This document shows, piece by piece, positions 42,788 through 52,843 of a stretch of DNA of 64,000 nucleotides. Position 1 is the first letter of the stretch, and every line of letters begins with the position of its first letter. The notes under the pieces are model-generated. The model searched no databases, was not told the origin of the DNA, and saw only the letters and a program-made list of their open reading frames with translations. This DNA comes from Elusimicrobiota bacterium (GTDB taxonomy: Bacteria; Elusimicrobiota; Elusimicrobia; Elusimicrobiales; UBA9959). The DNA lies in assembly GCA_003450815.1 (NCBI GenBank), contig DMES01000002.1, positions 5,591 to 69,590 of the forward strand, read 5' to 3'. A program made the translations under genes and the position numbers.

Positions 42788-43387
42788 ATGGACGAGTCAA
42801 AAATAAATGGCGGTGGCGAAGATTTAATGAATATTCTTTCCGACCTGAACCTGAACATCTCAATGAACCCGCGGGGAACCGACAAAGGGGATTCCAAGAC
42901 CTATGTGCGCGGTTTTTATGAATGGGAATTCGGGTTCAGGCGCGTGGCTAAAAACAGGCTTCTGGAGATAGGGGTAAGAAGCGGCGCCTCTATGGCCTTA
43001 TGGGCCAATTTCTTTAAAGACGCGGAAATAATAGGTGTGGATATTGAGCCTGTGGGCACTCCGGAGGGGCCACTGAAGGAATATCTGGCTTATCCCTCCA
43101 TTAAATTTTACTGCAATGACGCTTATTCCGAAGATTTTGCTTTTTTATTGCCCGGTAACTTCACTATTCTGATAGATGACGGGCCGCATACCCTAGCCAG
43201 CCAGAAGCTGTTTTTAGAGCTATACCTGCCAAGGCTGGACAAGGACGGGGTTTTGATAATAGAAGATGTGCAGCGCGCGTACAGAGATTCCTTCCAACTG
43301 ATGATGATGCTCCCGGGAACGAGTTTGTTTTTGAAACCTACGATTTCCGCTCCCGGAGCAGGACAGGGGACGATTTCCTCTTTGTAG
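42788..43387 (+). CDS. Class I SAM-dependent methyltransferase, apparently frameshifted near its 3' end
   Basis: LLEIGVRSGASMALW, IIGVDIEP, ILIDDGPH and VLIIEDV. A second frame stays open from 43219 to 43521 (see findings). Confidence 0.55.
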   Translation: MDESKINGGGEDLMNILSDLNLNISMNPRGTDKGDSKTYVRGFYEWEFGFRRVAKNRLLEIGVRSGASMALWANFFKDAEIIGVDIEPVGTPEGPLKEYLAYPSIKFYCNDAYSEDFAFLLPGNFTILIDDGPHTLASQKLFLELYLPRLDKDGVLIIEDVQRAYRDSFQLMMMLPGTSLFLKPTISAPGAGQGTISSL

Positions 43388-43517
43388 TCCGTCATAATAA
43401 ATCCGGCAAAAGCCAGACCGTGCGGAAGGCGTATTTAACGGCAAGATGTCTGTTAAGCTGGCTTCTGGTCCCGTTGCGCCGGGTCAAAACCTTTATATTG
43501 TGTAGAAGGAAAAGGAA

Positions 43518-44474
43518 ATGAAAATATACGACGCGTTCCTATTCTTTAACGAGTTGGATTTATTGGAAATCAGGCTTAACCTGATGAACGACATCGTAGA
43601 TCATTTCGTGATTTCGGAGTCGGACCTGACTTTTTCTGGCAAACCCAAGCCGCTGTATTACGCCGAGAACAAGGAGCGTTTCAAACCGTTTGAAAGCAAA
43701 ATAATACACCAGGTTATCAGGGACAACCCCGCAGATTTTACCGCGTTAAAGCGCTTTAACCCGCCAGAAAACAAGGATGAGTCCTGTCTTAATATGATTT
43801 ACGGGTTTATAGATGTGGCCGATAACTTCCCTAAGGAAGTGCTCCATTGGGGGCGCGACTTTTTTCAGCGGGAGTCCTTGCACCGGGCGCTTGTTAGTTG
43901 TGCCGATGATGATATAGTGATGTTTTCCGATGTGGATGAAGTCCCTAATCCCGACGCTGTGAAGCAAACTTTAGCCTTGTTCCCCTCAGATAAAATATAC
44001 ACGCTGAGGCAGAAGGAATTCGACTATTACCTCAACATGTACAAGGAGGACAATTGGATGGGGCCCAGGATCGCGCTCTATTCAAGCCTCAAAGCCCTTT
44101 CCCTGAACAAGATACGCGCCATACGCGAGGGCGGGCGAACCCTTGTGGACAGCCCGGACGTATATAACGGCGGTTGGCATTTTACAAGCCTGGGTGGCAC
44201 TGAAAAAATTATTCAGAAGATAGAGTCATGGGGCCACCAGGAATTTAATACCGACAGGATAAAGAAAAAGGTCCAGTCCCGTGTCGAGTCCGGCAGGGAC
44301 ATCTTTAACCGCAAGGGGAGTAAAACGCTTAAGCGTATAGAAGTGGACGAGAAGAATTTTCCCAAATGGCTTGTTGAGAACCAGGGAAAATATGCGCATC
44401 TTATAAATAGTGCGCCTTTGGACTCCTGCAAAGGTTCATTCTTATCGGAACTGCTTAAGAAAATGTTTAGATGA
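43518..44474 (+). CDS. Glycosyltransferase family 17-like protein
   Basis: MKIYDAFLFFNELDLLEIRL is the characteristic N-terminus. It also has SDVDEVP. Confidence 0.65.
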   Translation: MKIYDAFLFFNELDLLEIRLNLMNDIVDHFVISESDLTFSGKPKPLYYAENKERFKPFESKIIHQVIRDNPADFTALKRFNPPENKDESCLNMIYGFIDVADNFPKEVLHWGRDFFQRESLHRALVSCADDDIVMFSDVDEVPNPDAVKQTLALFPSDKIYTLRQKEFDYYLNMYKEDNWMGPRIALYSSLKALSLNKIRAIREGGRTLVDSPDVYNGGWHFTSLGGTEKIIQKIESWGHQEFNTDRIKKKVQSRVESGRDIFNRKGSKTLKRIEVDEKNFPKWLVENQGKYAHLINSAPLDSCKGSFLSELLKKMFR

Positions 44475-45364
44475 GTAAAAAAGTTATCGCGCGTATCAAG
44501 GGTGGCATCGGGAACCAGCTTTTCTGCTATGCCGCCGCCCGCCGTCTGGCGGCGGCCAGCAATGCCGAACTGGTCATTGACGATATTACCGGCTTTGTAT
44601 GGGACCGGCAATATCGCCGCCGGTATATGCTGGATAATTTTCATATTGCTGCGCGCAAGGCGACTCCGGCAGAGCGTCTGGAGCCTTTTGCGCGTTGCAG
44701 ACGTCGTGGTCTGAAATTACTATCCCGTATTAAACCTTTCACACACAGGAGTTATCAGGAACAGGAGGGAATGGATTTTGATGAGCGGCTTTTGGCATTA
44801 AAAGTAAACGGGACGCTTTATCTGGACGGCTATTGGCAGAGCGAAGGCTACTTCAAGGATGTTGAAGAGCTTATCCGGGAGGATTTGCGGATCATCCCGC
44901 CTACAGACGCGCAAAACTTGCGTGTGGCGGAGGAAATTAGCGCCAGCGCCGCAGTAGCCCTGCATGTACGATGGTTTTCCGCGCCGGGCGCCGGGGCGAC
45001 CCACAATATTTCAGCCGATTATTATCGCCGTGCTATCTCATTGGTGGAGGAAAAGGTTAAGTCGCCCAAATATTTTTTGTTTTCAGACGCCCCGGCCGCC
45101 GCGCTAGAAAAAATTGCCCTCCCGGAAGGCCGGGTAACCTGCGTTTCCCATAACCAGGGCGTCGAAGCAGTTTGCGCCGACCTGTGGCTGATGACGCAAT
45201 GCAGGCATTTCATTATCGCCAATAGCACCTTCAGCTGGTGGGGGGCATGGCTGGCTGGCGGAGCGGACAAAAATGTCATTGCGCCGGGCGTAAGTTTAAA
45301 CGGGCTTTCAGCCTGGGGATTTGGCGGACTGATCCCTAAAAATTGGACCACTCTGGATGTGTAA
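44471..45364 (+). CDS. Alpha-1,2-fucosyltransferase (GT11)
   Basis: KGGIGNQLFCYAAARRLA, ALHVRW and IIANSTFSWWGAWL. Confidence 0.8.
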   Translation: MSKKVIARIKGGIGNQLFCYAAARRLAAASNAELVIDDITGFVWDRQYRRRYMLDNFHIAARKATPAERLEPFARCRRRGLKLLSRIKPFTHRSYQEQEGMDFDERLLALKVNGTLYLDGYWQSEGYFKDVEELIREDLRIIPPTDAQNLRVAEEISASAAVALHVRWFSAPGAGATHNISADYYRRAISLVEEKVKSPKYFLFSDAPAAALEKIALPEGRVTCVSHNQGVEAVCADLWLMTQCRHFIIANSTFSWWGAWLAGGADKNVIAPGVSLNGLSAWGFGGLIPKNWTTLDV

Positions 45365-45366
45365 AT

Positions 45367-46329
45367 ATGATGATAAATAGAATGAAAAGGGTGTTAATAC
45401 TCGGAGGTTCCGGGTTTATCGGTAAAAACTTGGTAGAGGAATTACTGGCGGACGACTTTTATTCCGTTATTGTCTTTGATTCAACCGACAACTCTTCCGA
45501 AAAAGAAAAAAGCCGGAAGAACTTCAAATTTTACAGCGGTAATTTTAACGCGGAAGCCGATCTGGAAAAGGTCTTTCAGGAGAATAAAATTGACGTAGTC
45601 GTACATCTTATTTCCACCACCATACCCGCCAGCTCCAACGGGGCTAATATTGTTTATGATATTGAGTCCAACCTGGTGGGTGCCATAAGACTGCTGGCCC
45701 TGATGAAAAAATATAATGTGCCCAAAATAGTTTTTGCGTCATCTGGCGGCACAATATACGGCCTGCCGGAAAACGACGCATGCGCATCGGGCATTGCGGA
45801 GTGCCACGGGAATAATCCGATCTGTTCCCATGGAATTATCAAACTTGCGATTGAAAAATATATCCACCTCTATAAATACCTGAACAATATAGACTATCTG
45901 ATACTTCGGATGTCCAATCCCTATGGGGAATATCATTCCTCCGAAACCCAGGGCCTGATTAATGTCATTCTTAAAAAGGTAATCGCAAAGCACCCGGTTG
46001 TTATCTGGGGGGATGGGGGCATTGTACGCGATTATATTTATGTCAAAGATTGCGTCAAAGCCATTAAACGGCTTATTGACAAGGGAACGGTTAATGAAAT
46101 ATTGAATATCGGCTCCGGGACAGGCCGCTCCATTAACGATATAATCGAGATAATAAGGGAAATTACCGGGGATTTTAAAATTAAGAGAGAAGCTGGCAGG
46201 AAATTTGATGTTCCGCGTGTTGTGCTGGACACGAGCAAACTCAAGTTAATCATTGATTTCAGGCCGACCTCTATTGAAACCGGAATTAAAAATACTTATG
46301 AGTGGCTTTTAAAAAATGAGCCTTTCTGA
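45367..46329 (+). CDS. NAD-dependent epimerase/dehydratase (UDP-hexose 4-epimerase-like SDR)
   Basis: VLILGGSGFIGKNL, ASSGGTIYG and ICSHGIIKLAIEKY (the YxxxK tyrosine position reads H). Confidence 0.65.
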   Translation: MMINRMKRVLILGGSGFIGKNLVEELLADDFYSVIVFDSTDNSSEKEKSRKNFKFYSGNFNAEADLEKVFQENKIDVVVHLISTTIPASSNGANIVYDIESNLVGAIRLLALMKKYNVPKIVFASSGGTIYGLPENDACASGIAECHGNNPICSHGIIKLAIEKYIHLYKYLNNIDYLILRMSNPYGEYHSSETQGLINVILKKVIAKHPVVIWGDGGIVRDYIYVKDCVKAIKRLIDKGTVNEILNIGSGTGRSINDIIEIIREITGDFKIKREAGRKFDVPRVVLDTSKLKLIIDFRPTSIETGIKNTYEWLLKNEPF

Positions 46330-47332
46330 TAAGACCAAAGTGCCGGAAGTTTCCGCGCTGATGTCCTGCTATAACGGCGGCCGCTGGCTGTGCGAAGCGA
46401 TAGACAGCGTTCTGTCCCAGACTTTTAGGGATTTTGAGTTTATTGTGGTGAATGACGGCTCAACTGATAATACCTGGGAAATTATCCAGAGTTATAGAGC
46501 GCGGGATGAGCGTATAGTCGCCATATCAAAAAAAAATACCGGCTTGGCGGACTCGCTTAATACCGGCATCGCGCGCGCACGCGGTTCATGGATAGCCAGA
46601 GTTGACCAGGACGATATTTGCGAACCGGTACGGCTGGAGAAGCAGCTAACCTTTGTTCGCGCGCACCCGGGTGTGGCGCTGCTTGGCTCCGGATTCACGG
46701 AAATAAATGAGGGCGGCGTGATTATAACGGAACATCGCTATCCTTCCAGTCATGACGCTCTTGTCGGCAGGCTGGAGCGCTTGCAGGGGTTTTTTCCGCA
46801 CTCGTCGGCGTTTTATCTTACGGATGCGGCCAGGAAGGCAGGCGGGTACAACACCCGTATTACCCGTGCCGACGATTGGCGTTTATGGCTGGAACTTTCC
46901 CTTAAAGGTAAACTCGCATGCCTGAAAGAGCCTCTTGTCCGAATACGCAAGCATTCAGGGCAAATGTCACTTGACAATAACGGAGCCCGCCAGTACTGCG
47001 ATGCGGCCGCCGCTACTGTGTGTCACTTGTTGCGAAAAGGTGGGCATGAGGATCCTTCTATCAGCCCCGATACGGAAGCCTGGACTTCCTTTTTAGCTTG
47101 GATTGACGGCAGGATAGCGGAGGATGGGGTTTTAGTCCGCAGGAAGGCGTGGGGTGACGCCCGTGCCGCATTTTTCTCCGCGCGGAATAGTTTTTACGGG
47201 GCGATTAAATGCGCTTCAGTTCTGTTCAACTCAGGGTACGCAGCGGAGCTTATATTGAATAAAATTAGAGGTTCAAAACTTCCGGAAAGGCTCGCGCGTG
47301 AGTGGCGTATAATGGCGGCCGGGAAAACATGA
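46316..47332 (+). CDS. Glycosyltransferase family 2
   Basis: VSALMSCYNGGRWLCEAIDSVLSQTF, VVNDGSTD and VDQDD. Confidence 0.8.
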   Translation: MSLSDKTKVPEVSALMSCYNGGRWLCEAIDSVLSQTFRDFEFIVVNDGSTDNTWEIIQSYRARDERIVAISKKNTGLADSLNTGIARARGSWIARVDQDDICEPVRLEKQLTFVRAHPGVALLGSGFTEINEGGVIITEHRYPSSHDALVGRLERLQGFFPHSSAFYLTDAARKAGGYNTRITRADDWRLWLELSLKGKLACLKEPLVRIRKHSGQMSLDNNGARQYCDAAAATVCHLLRKGGHEDPSISPDTEAWTSFLAWIDGRIAEDGVLVRRKAWGDARAAFFSARNSFYGAIKCASVLFNSGYAAELILNKIRGSKLPERLAREWRIMAAGKT

Positions 47333-48450
47333 AACTGGCGATTCTAAATCTTACAGGCGGCGGAATAAGCGGCGGATACAAAAATTACCTCCGGAATATC
47401 CTGCCGTATCTTGCCGCGGATAACCGGCTGGAATCCCTGTTTTGTGTTTCTCCCGTTTCGATGGGAGTTGAAAGCCTGGTTTCCGCGAGCGACAAAATAC
47501 GGTTCGCAAGTTGCGCGCCGTTCAAGCCTTTTCGCAATGGGGTTGATAAAGAAACAGCGCGGTTGCTTTCTTCATACGGGCCTGACGCGATATTTGTTCC
47601 TACGGCAAGAGTGGCCAGGTTCAGGAATGTCCCGGTAGTGACTATGATACAGAACATGGCGCCGCTGGCCGCTTGGGAGTGGTATGGTTTGTGGCAGAAA
47701 TTCAAGCTACTGGTCCAGAAGTATGAGACATACAAGGCTGTGTGCCAGGCTGAAAAAGTGATAGCAATATCCGGATATGTCCGGAGGTTTATTTCGGAAA
47801 AATGGGGTATCGCTGATGAAAAAATAGACTCTATATATTTCGGTACCCCATTGCCGGCGGAAAATCCTGTAAGGCCGCCCAACCTGCCCGAAGATTGGCG
47901 GGATTTCATCTTTACCGCGGGCTCTATTGAGCCGTATCGCTGCCTGGAGGATGTCATAAAGTGCGCCGAATACTGCCGGAAAAAGCTTGCGGTGCCTGTC
48001 AGGATAGTTATAGCGGGACAGGCTAAACAGGACATGCATAAATATGAGCGCTATATTAAAAATATGGCCCTAAAAGCTGGAGTGGCCCCGGACCTTTGCT
48101 GGGTGGGACAAATTCCTGAAGCGGAAATGACCTGGTGTTACAGGAATTGCTCGGCTTTCATTATGACAAGCCGTGTTGAGGCCGGGCCGACCACTGTTCT
48201 TGAAGCCATGAGCTGCGGGGCAATTTGTGTGGCCGCCGATAACGCTCCTCTCCCTGAATTTTTCGGGAATGCCGCTGTTTATTACAGGCCGGGAGATATT
48301 CAAATGCTCGTATTCCGCATCCGCGAAGTGCTTTCATGGGACGCGGAGAAAAGAAAGAAAGTTTCTGCGGCCGCGTACGCGCGCTCCTGCGAGTTTACCT
48401 GGAAAAAATCGGCGGAGAAAACAATAGACCTTTTGGAACGGATACTCTGA
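47329..48450 (+). CDS. Glycosyltransferase family 4
   Basis: GT-B layout with a C-terminal TSRVEAGPTTVLEAMSCG (EX7E region). ATGA overlap with the upstream gene. Confidence 0.7.
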   Translation: MKLAILNLTGGGISGGYKNYLRNILPYLAADNRLESLFCVSPVSMGVESLVSASDKIRFASCAPFKPFRNGVDKETARLLSSYGPDAIFVPTARVARFRNVPVVTMIQNMAPLAAWEWYGLWQKFKLLVQKYETYKAVCQAEKVIAISGYVRRFISEKWGIADEKIDSIYFGTPLPAENPVRPPNLPEDWRDFIFTAGSIEPYRCLEDVIKCAEYCRKKLAVPVRIVIAGQAKQDMHKYERYIKNMALKAGVAPDLCWVGQIPEAEMTWCYRNCSAFIMTSRVEAGPTTVLEAMSCGAICVAADNAPLPEFFGNAAVYYRPGDIQMLVFRIREVLSWDAEKRKKVSAAAYARSCEFTWKKSAEKTIDLLERIL

Positions 48451-48471
48451 TCCATTTACGGAGGCTGCCTG

Positions 48472-49971
48472 GTGAAAAGTGAAGTGATTATTCTTGTCGC
48501 TGGCCGCGTCGCCCAGGCTGCGCTTACTATAGCCGGTTTCAGGCTTATTACAACTTTCCTTTCTCCGACCGATGTCGGCAGTAACTATCTTATTATTTCC
48601 TTGGCAACCTTGTTCGGCATGTTTTTGCATAGCCCGGTGTGCATGTATCTTAATAGGAAATTATTCCTATGGTACGACTCAAAAAATATTTTTAAACATT
48701 TGCTTGCCTATAACATCTATTCCCTTATCGTTGCTGTTTCCGCCGTCCCCATTGTTTTTGTGGCGTGGAAGTTTTTCGGGGTCGGCGCGGGTTTGCCTGG
48801 AATTGTTTTCGCATTGATAGTCGCCTGTTATACCTATGTTCTGAACTGGAATCAGATATTCATCCCTTTTTTAAATGCTTTGGGGTACAAGGCCAGTTTT
48901 GTGTTGCTTACTTTTGCCACCACGGGGCTTGGGCTTTTTTGCTCCGTTTCTTTTGTCTATTTCAGCGGGCCATCCGCTGTGGCTTGGATGTCCGGGCAGG
49001 TGGCCGCCATAGCACTGATAACCGTTATCAGCGCTTATGTCTTTCGTCAAAAAGTTCCTGAGCCGGGGATACCGCACGGAGGAGTATTACAATATGCCAA
49101 CAAGGTTGTTTTCGCAAATATAGCCGGGTTTGCCATACCGCTAGCCGGGGCGGCTTTTTTTATGTGGGCACAGAGTCAATCTTACCGTGTAGTTGTTGAA
49201 AAAATAAATGGGGCGGAGTTTCTGGGGTATCTGGCCGTGGGTTTCAGCATCGCCACCAGCGTGGCCGGTATTCTGGAGTCACTTGTGCAGCAGATTTATT
49301 TGCCGGGATTCTATCGCCGGATAAGCGGGGGGGATAAAGCCGCGCGCCATGCAGCCCTCGCTGAATTGGCCGCCAAGGCTATACCCGTTTATATAATATA
49401 CCTGTTCTTTATAATCGGTTCGGCGGAGTATCTGGTTTCTTTTTTAGTGGCGGAAAGGTATCGGAGCGTTTTTGTTTATGCCCGATACGGGGCATTTATG
49501 GAATTTTTTAGGATGACCGCCAATATACTGGCGTCGGCGGCACATTCTGAAATGCGGACACAAGTCCTTGTCAAGCCGTATTTTTTTGGCGGGATAACGG
49601 CCATTGTTGGCGTCTATCTTGCGGCTTTGTCCTCACACCCGTCCGCGCTGATTCCATCGGTTCTTGCGGTCAGTGGTCTGATTACGGTGGCGGTCATGTG
49701 GCGGGTTACAAATTCAATGTTCAGCCTGGCATCGGATCCGAAACCTTTTATCAGCGTTTTGCTTTTGTCGTTGCTTTTTTTGCCTTTGGCTTTTTTTCAT
49801 GTGCATGGTTTTTTACTTTCTTTAGGTGTATTGCTGGTTTCCGGCTCATACTTTATATTTTTACAGTATAAAGTAGCAGGTAAATGGTTTGACAGCCCTA
49901 AGGCTAATTTTAATGGTGGTTTGGAGTTCGCACATGATGAAAATCTTATCAGGGCTAAACAGGAGTTGTAA
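48472..49971 (+). CDS. wzx: Polysaccharide flippase (Wzx / MOP superfamily-like)
   Basis: About 12-14 predicted TM segments. The N-terminus VAGRVAQAALTIAGFRLITTFLSPTDVG is typical of the family. GGAGG RBS before GTG 48472. Confidence 0.6.
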   Translation: MKSEVIILVAGRVAQAALTIAGFRLITTFLSPTDVGSNYLIISLATLFGMFLHSPVCMYLNRKLFLWYDSKNIFKHLLAYNIYSLIVAVSAVPIVFVAWKFFGVGAGLPGIVFALIVACYTYVLNWNQIFIPFLNALGYKASFVLLTFATTGLGLFCSVSFVYFSGPSAVAWMSGQVAAIALITVISAYVFRQKVPEPGIPHGGVLQYANKVVFANIAGFAIPLAGAAFFMWAQSQSYRVVVEKINGAEFLGYLAVGFSIATSVAGILESLVQQIYLPGFYRRISGGDKAARHAALAELAAKAIPVYIIYLFFIIGSAEYLVSFLVAERYRSVFVYARYGAFMEFFRMTANILASAAHSEMRTQVLVKPYFFGGITAIVGVYLAALSSHPSALIPSVLAVSGLITVAVMWRVTNSMFSLASDPKPFISVLLLSLLFLPLAFFHVHGFLLSLGVLLVSGSYFIFLQYKVAGKWFDSPKANFNGGLEFAHDENLIRAKQEL

Positions 49972-50089
49972 TGTGACCTAGTAAAGTGTTTGTGGTTTTG
50001 CAAAGTAGATTGTGAGCGCCTGTTCGTTTTTTTGCAGAGTTGAAAGAAAAACTAGGGAAAGCTAGTGTGCGCTTTCAAAGGTGGGAAAA

Positions 50090-51520
50090 ATGGGGCTTTT
50101 GTCTTTTGTGACAAGTTATAGGAGATCTGTAGTAAAACTGTTCATTCCATTTTTTTTTATTATCGGATATCTTGTTTCCTTTCAGGTATTTAATTCCCAA
50201 TGGCTTGGCTATTTTCTGCTGACCGCAATGGCGGTGATGTCGGGCTGCTTGGCTTTCAGTTCATTGCGAGGGAGGGAGGAAAGCCAGGTCGCGGCGTGGC
50301 TGGCTTTTTATGTCTTATTGATCTTCGGATATGCAAAATTCTACTGGCTGATTCTTGACCCTTCTCCGGTCCAGGATTTTTTTCCAGGAAGCTGGGCGTG
50401 GCGACATTTCGAAATTCCAGCGACTTTGTTCGACGCCTTCTTAATGCAGACTTTGGGGTTTGTGGGACTTTGTCTTGCGCTGTTTGTTTTTTTAGGGTTC
50501 AAAAAGAAACAAAAAAGATCAGACATCGGACTTATAAATATCAGACCGGCATTTTTTATTCTTTTCCTGCCGTTCCTGGCGGGGCTTTTGCTGGTTTCGT
50601 CATTTCTAGTCTATAGATATAAGGTGGGTTTTCTGGGAATGATATCCAACCCATTGCCGTTCCATCTATCTGGCTTGATCTTTTACCTGCATACCATGGC
50701 CTTACCGATACTTATAATCACTTTTGTGTATCTTTGCGCGACTGCCGCCGGATATTGGCGGTCCAGAATCGGAATACTGGTTTTTATTCTTTGGGCCGTA
50801 TCGGATGTCCTTTTAAGAAGCAGTCGGGCCAGTTTAATGCTTATCCCGCTGCTGGTTTTGTTTTTAGCGCTTAGCGGCGGTATTAAGATCAGGAAATTTG
50901 AAGCCCTGTCGGGGTTTGGGCTGGTTTTTCTGGCGGTAATTCTGGCACCGCTTATATCAAGTTATAGAATTTTCAGGCTTTCCGGTTTGGGTTCATTTGC
51001 CGCTCTTGAATCGTCAACCGCCTCTTTTTCTCCGACAATTGCCGGCTTTCTTAAATCTGTAAGTTTTATTTTTTTCAGGGTTCCCGGAATTGAAACTTCC
51101 GTAATTGTTTCCGGTTTCATAGTGCAATCTCTAGGGGCCAAAGCTTTTAAGGTCATGTTTTCTGGGAAAGGCTTTTCATGGTATCTGGGACATTCAGCAT
51201 TTGGGCTTCCATTTGACGCCCCTAATGGTTTTGCGACTCCTTTTATAGCTCAATGGTATATTGCAGGAGGGTATCCGGGTATAATACTGGCTGGCATAGC
51301 GGTTGCCGTTTTCTCGGTGGCGGTTTGGGATGGTTTAATGAATTCTAAATTTCTAACCGCTCCGGTTGCCAGGGCCTTTTTCCTGCTTTTATTCTTCTGG
51401 TCTCTCACCGAGGGCGTTTCTCCATATCTTGTGAAACAAACATTTGTTTTAATACCGGTATTGCTTATCGCTGAATTTATAGTCAGAATGTTTTTTGTGG
51501 TTCCAGCTGATAAAGGATGA
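50090..51520 (+). CDS. Polytopic membrane protein, candidate O-unit polymerase (Wzy-like)
   Basis: More than 10 hydrophobic segments, no recognisable motif, and a position next to wzx. Confidence 0.4.
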   Translation: MGLLSFVTSYRRSVVKLFIPFFFIIGYLVSFQVFNSQWLGYFLLTAMAVMSGCLAFSSLRGREESQVAAWLAFYVLLIFGYAKFYWLILDPSPVQDFFPGSWAWRHFEIPATLFDAFLMQTLGFVGLCLALFVFLGFKKKQKRSDIGLINIRPAFFILFLPFLAGLLLVSSFLVYRYKVGFLGMISNPLPFHLSGLIFYLHTMALPILIITFVYLCATAAGYWRSRIGILVFILWAVSDVLLRSSRASLMLIPLLVLFLALSGGIKIRKFEALSGFGLVFLAVILAPLISSYRIFRLSGLGSFAALESSTASFSPTIAGFLKSVSFIFFRVPGIETSVIVSGFIVQSLGAKAFKVMFSGKGFSWYLGHSAFGLPFDAPNGFATPFIAQWYIAGGYPGIILAGIAVAVFSVAVWDGLMNSKFLTAPVARAFFLLLFFWSLTEGVSPYLVKQTFVLIPVLLIAEFIVRMFFVVPADKG

Positions 51521-52752
51521 ATTATAATATGCGGATTTTATTCCTGATACAATGTTTTCCATTTCCTCCCTGTGACGGCATAAGTGTGAAGGTGTACACA
51601 CTTATCAGGCACCTGGCCTCAAAAGGATGGGGTTGCGACATCCTGTGCTTTGGAAATCATGATGCCGGTCTCCGCGTGGCTGAATTTGAGAAAATTGCCG
51701 CGGGGGTTAAAGTGCGGGCGGTAATTCCGCTCCCTTCCACCCTGGAACGCGCTTTTGGAACATTGTCCAGTCTATTAAAGGGGCTGCCGCCTTCATTCGG
51801 CGGGTTCAAAAGCCGGAGGTTCCGTGCCGCGCTGGAGAAAATATCAGCGGAGACCGGCTACGACGCGGCTCACTATGATGTGATAAACATGGCGCAATAT
51901 TTGCCTTTCGGCCCAAAAGTCCCGTCTGTTCTTTCTTCAAACGACGCTATTTCTCTTTTCTATTCAGGCATGATAAAAGAGTGCAGCGGGATATTCAGGA
52001 AGGCGTACCTCAGGCTGTCGGCCTGGCTGATAAGGCGCTTTGAGGCGGCATATTACAAGCGTTTTGATAAGGTGCATGTCGTGTCGGAAGCGGACGCCGC
52101 GCATTTAAAAAATATCTGCCCGGAAATTAATCTGGAGGTAATCCCTCTTGTGGTTGACAAGGCATTTATCGACTATAAGCCCCAGCGGGAGCACGGGCAG
52201 GGTAAAGACGCAGTAAGGATAGTCTTTACCGGCAACCTGGCAATTCCCGGCATAGCTAACGGGTTATTTGAATTTCTGGATAACGCCTACGCTGAACTCC
52301 TCTCAGGGGCGTCCCCTTTTGAATTCCATATCTTAGGCCCAAATGCTTCGCCTGAAGATGAGAAACGGGTTTTAGCTTTCCCCGGAGTTAAATATTTGCG
52401 ATGGGCGAAGGATTATAAAGCTTTCTTGATGACGGCTGATATTGTGCTTGTGTTGGATAAGTCCGGTACCGGGATAAAAAACCGCGTGCTTGAAGCCATG
52501 GCTTTCGGCAAGCCTGTGGTAGGCACCAAAATAGCCTTTGGCGGCATTGCCGCGGAAAATGGCAGACATTGCTTTATAAGCAATAGTCCGCAGGAAACAG
52601 GCGCGGAGCTTAAAAGTCTTCTGACAGATACGGCCTTGAGGGAAAAAATCGGGGCATCTGCGCGCGAATTAATACTTTCCAGCTATTCAATGGCCGCGCT
52701 CGGTCCCCAATGGGAACGTTTATACAAAGATATCATCCCCCAGAAATCATAA
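51517..52752 (+). CDS. Glycosyltransferase family 4
   Basis: GT-B layout with GTGIKNRVLEAMAFGKPVVGT (EX7E region). Confidence 0.75.
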   Translation: MNYNMRILFLIQCFPFPPCDGISVKVYTLIRHLASKGWGCDILCFGNHDAGLRVAEFEKIAAGVKVRAVIPLPSTLERAFGTLSSLLKGLPPSFGGFKSRRFRAALEKISAETGYDAAHYDVINMAQYLPFGPKVPSVLSSNDAISLFYSGMIKECSGIFRKAYLRLSAWLIRRFEAAYYKRFDKVHVVSEADAAHLKNICPEINLEVIPLVVDKAFIDYKPQREHGQGKDAVRIVFTGNLAIPGIANGLFEFLDNAYAELLSGASPFEFHILGPNASPEDEKRVLAFPGVKYLRWAKDYKAFLMTADIVLVLDKSGTGIKNRVLEAMAFGKPVVGTKIAFGGIAAENGRHCFISNSPQETGAELKSLLTDTALREKIGASARELILSSYSMAALGPQWERLYKDIIPQKS

Positions 52753-52774
52753 AAGGCTCCTGCTGCCTTTTTTC
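52751..52774 (+). terminator. Rho-independent terminator
   Basis: aaaaggc-tcctgct-gcctttt followed by a T run, immediately after the GT4 stop. Confidence 0.65.
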
Positions 52775-52807
52775 TAATTCTGTGTCTGTTTGTGGAATTG
52801 ATATGTA

Positions 52808-52836
52808 TTGAAAATTAGGTAAAACTAAATTATAAT
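52808..52836 (+). promoter_or_regulatory. Near-consensus sigma70 promoter TTGAAA-17-TATAAT
   Basis: TTGAAA at 52808-52813 and TATAAT at 52831-52836. The ATG of the next gene begins only 8 nt after the -10 element, so the mRNA is probably leaderless. Confidence 0.65.
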
Positions 52837-52843
52837 ACATATC

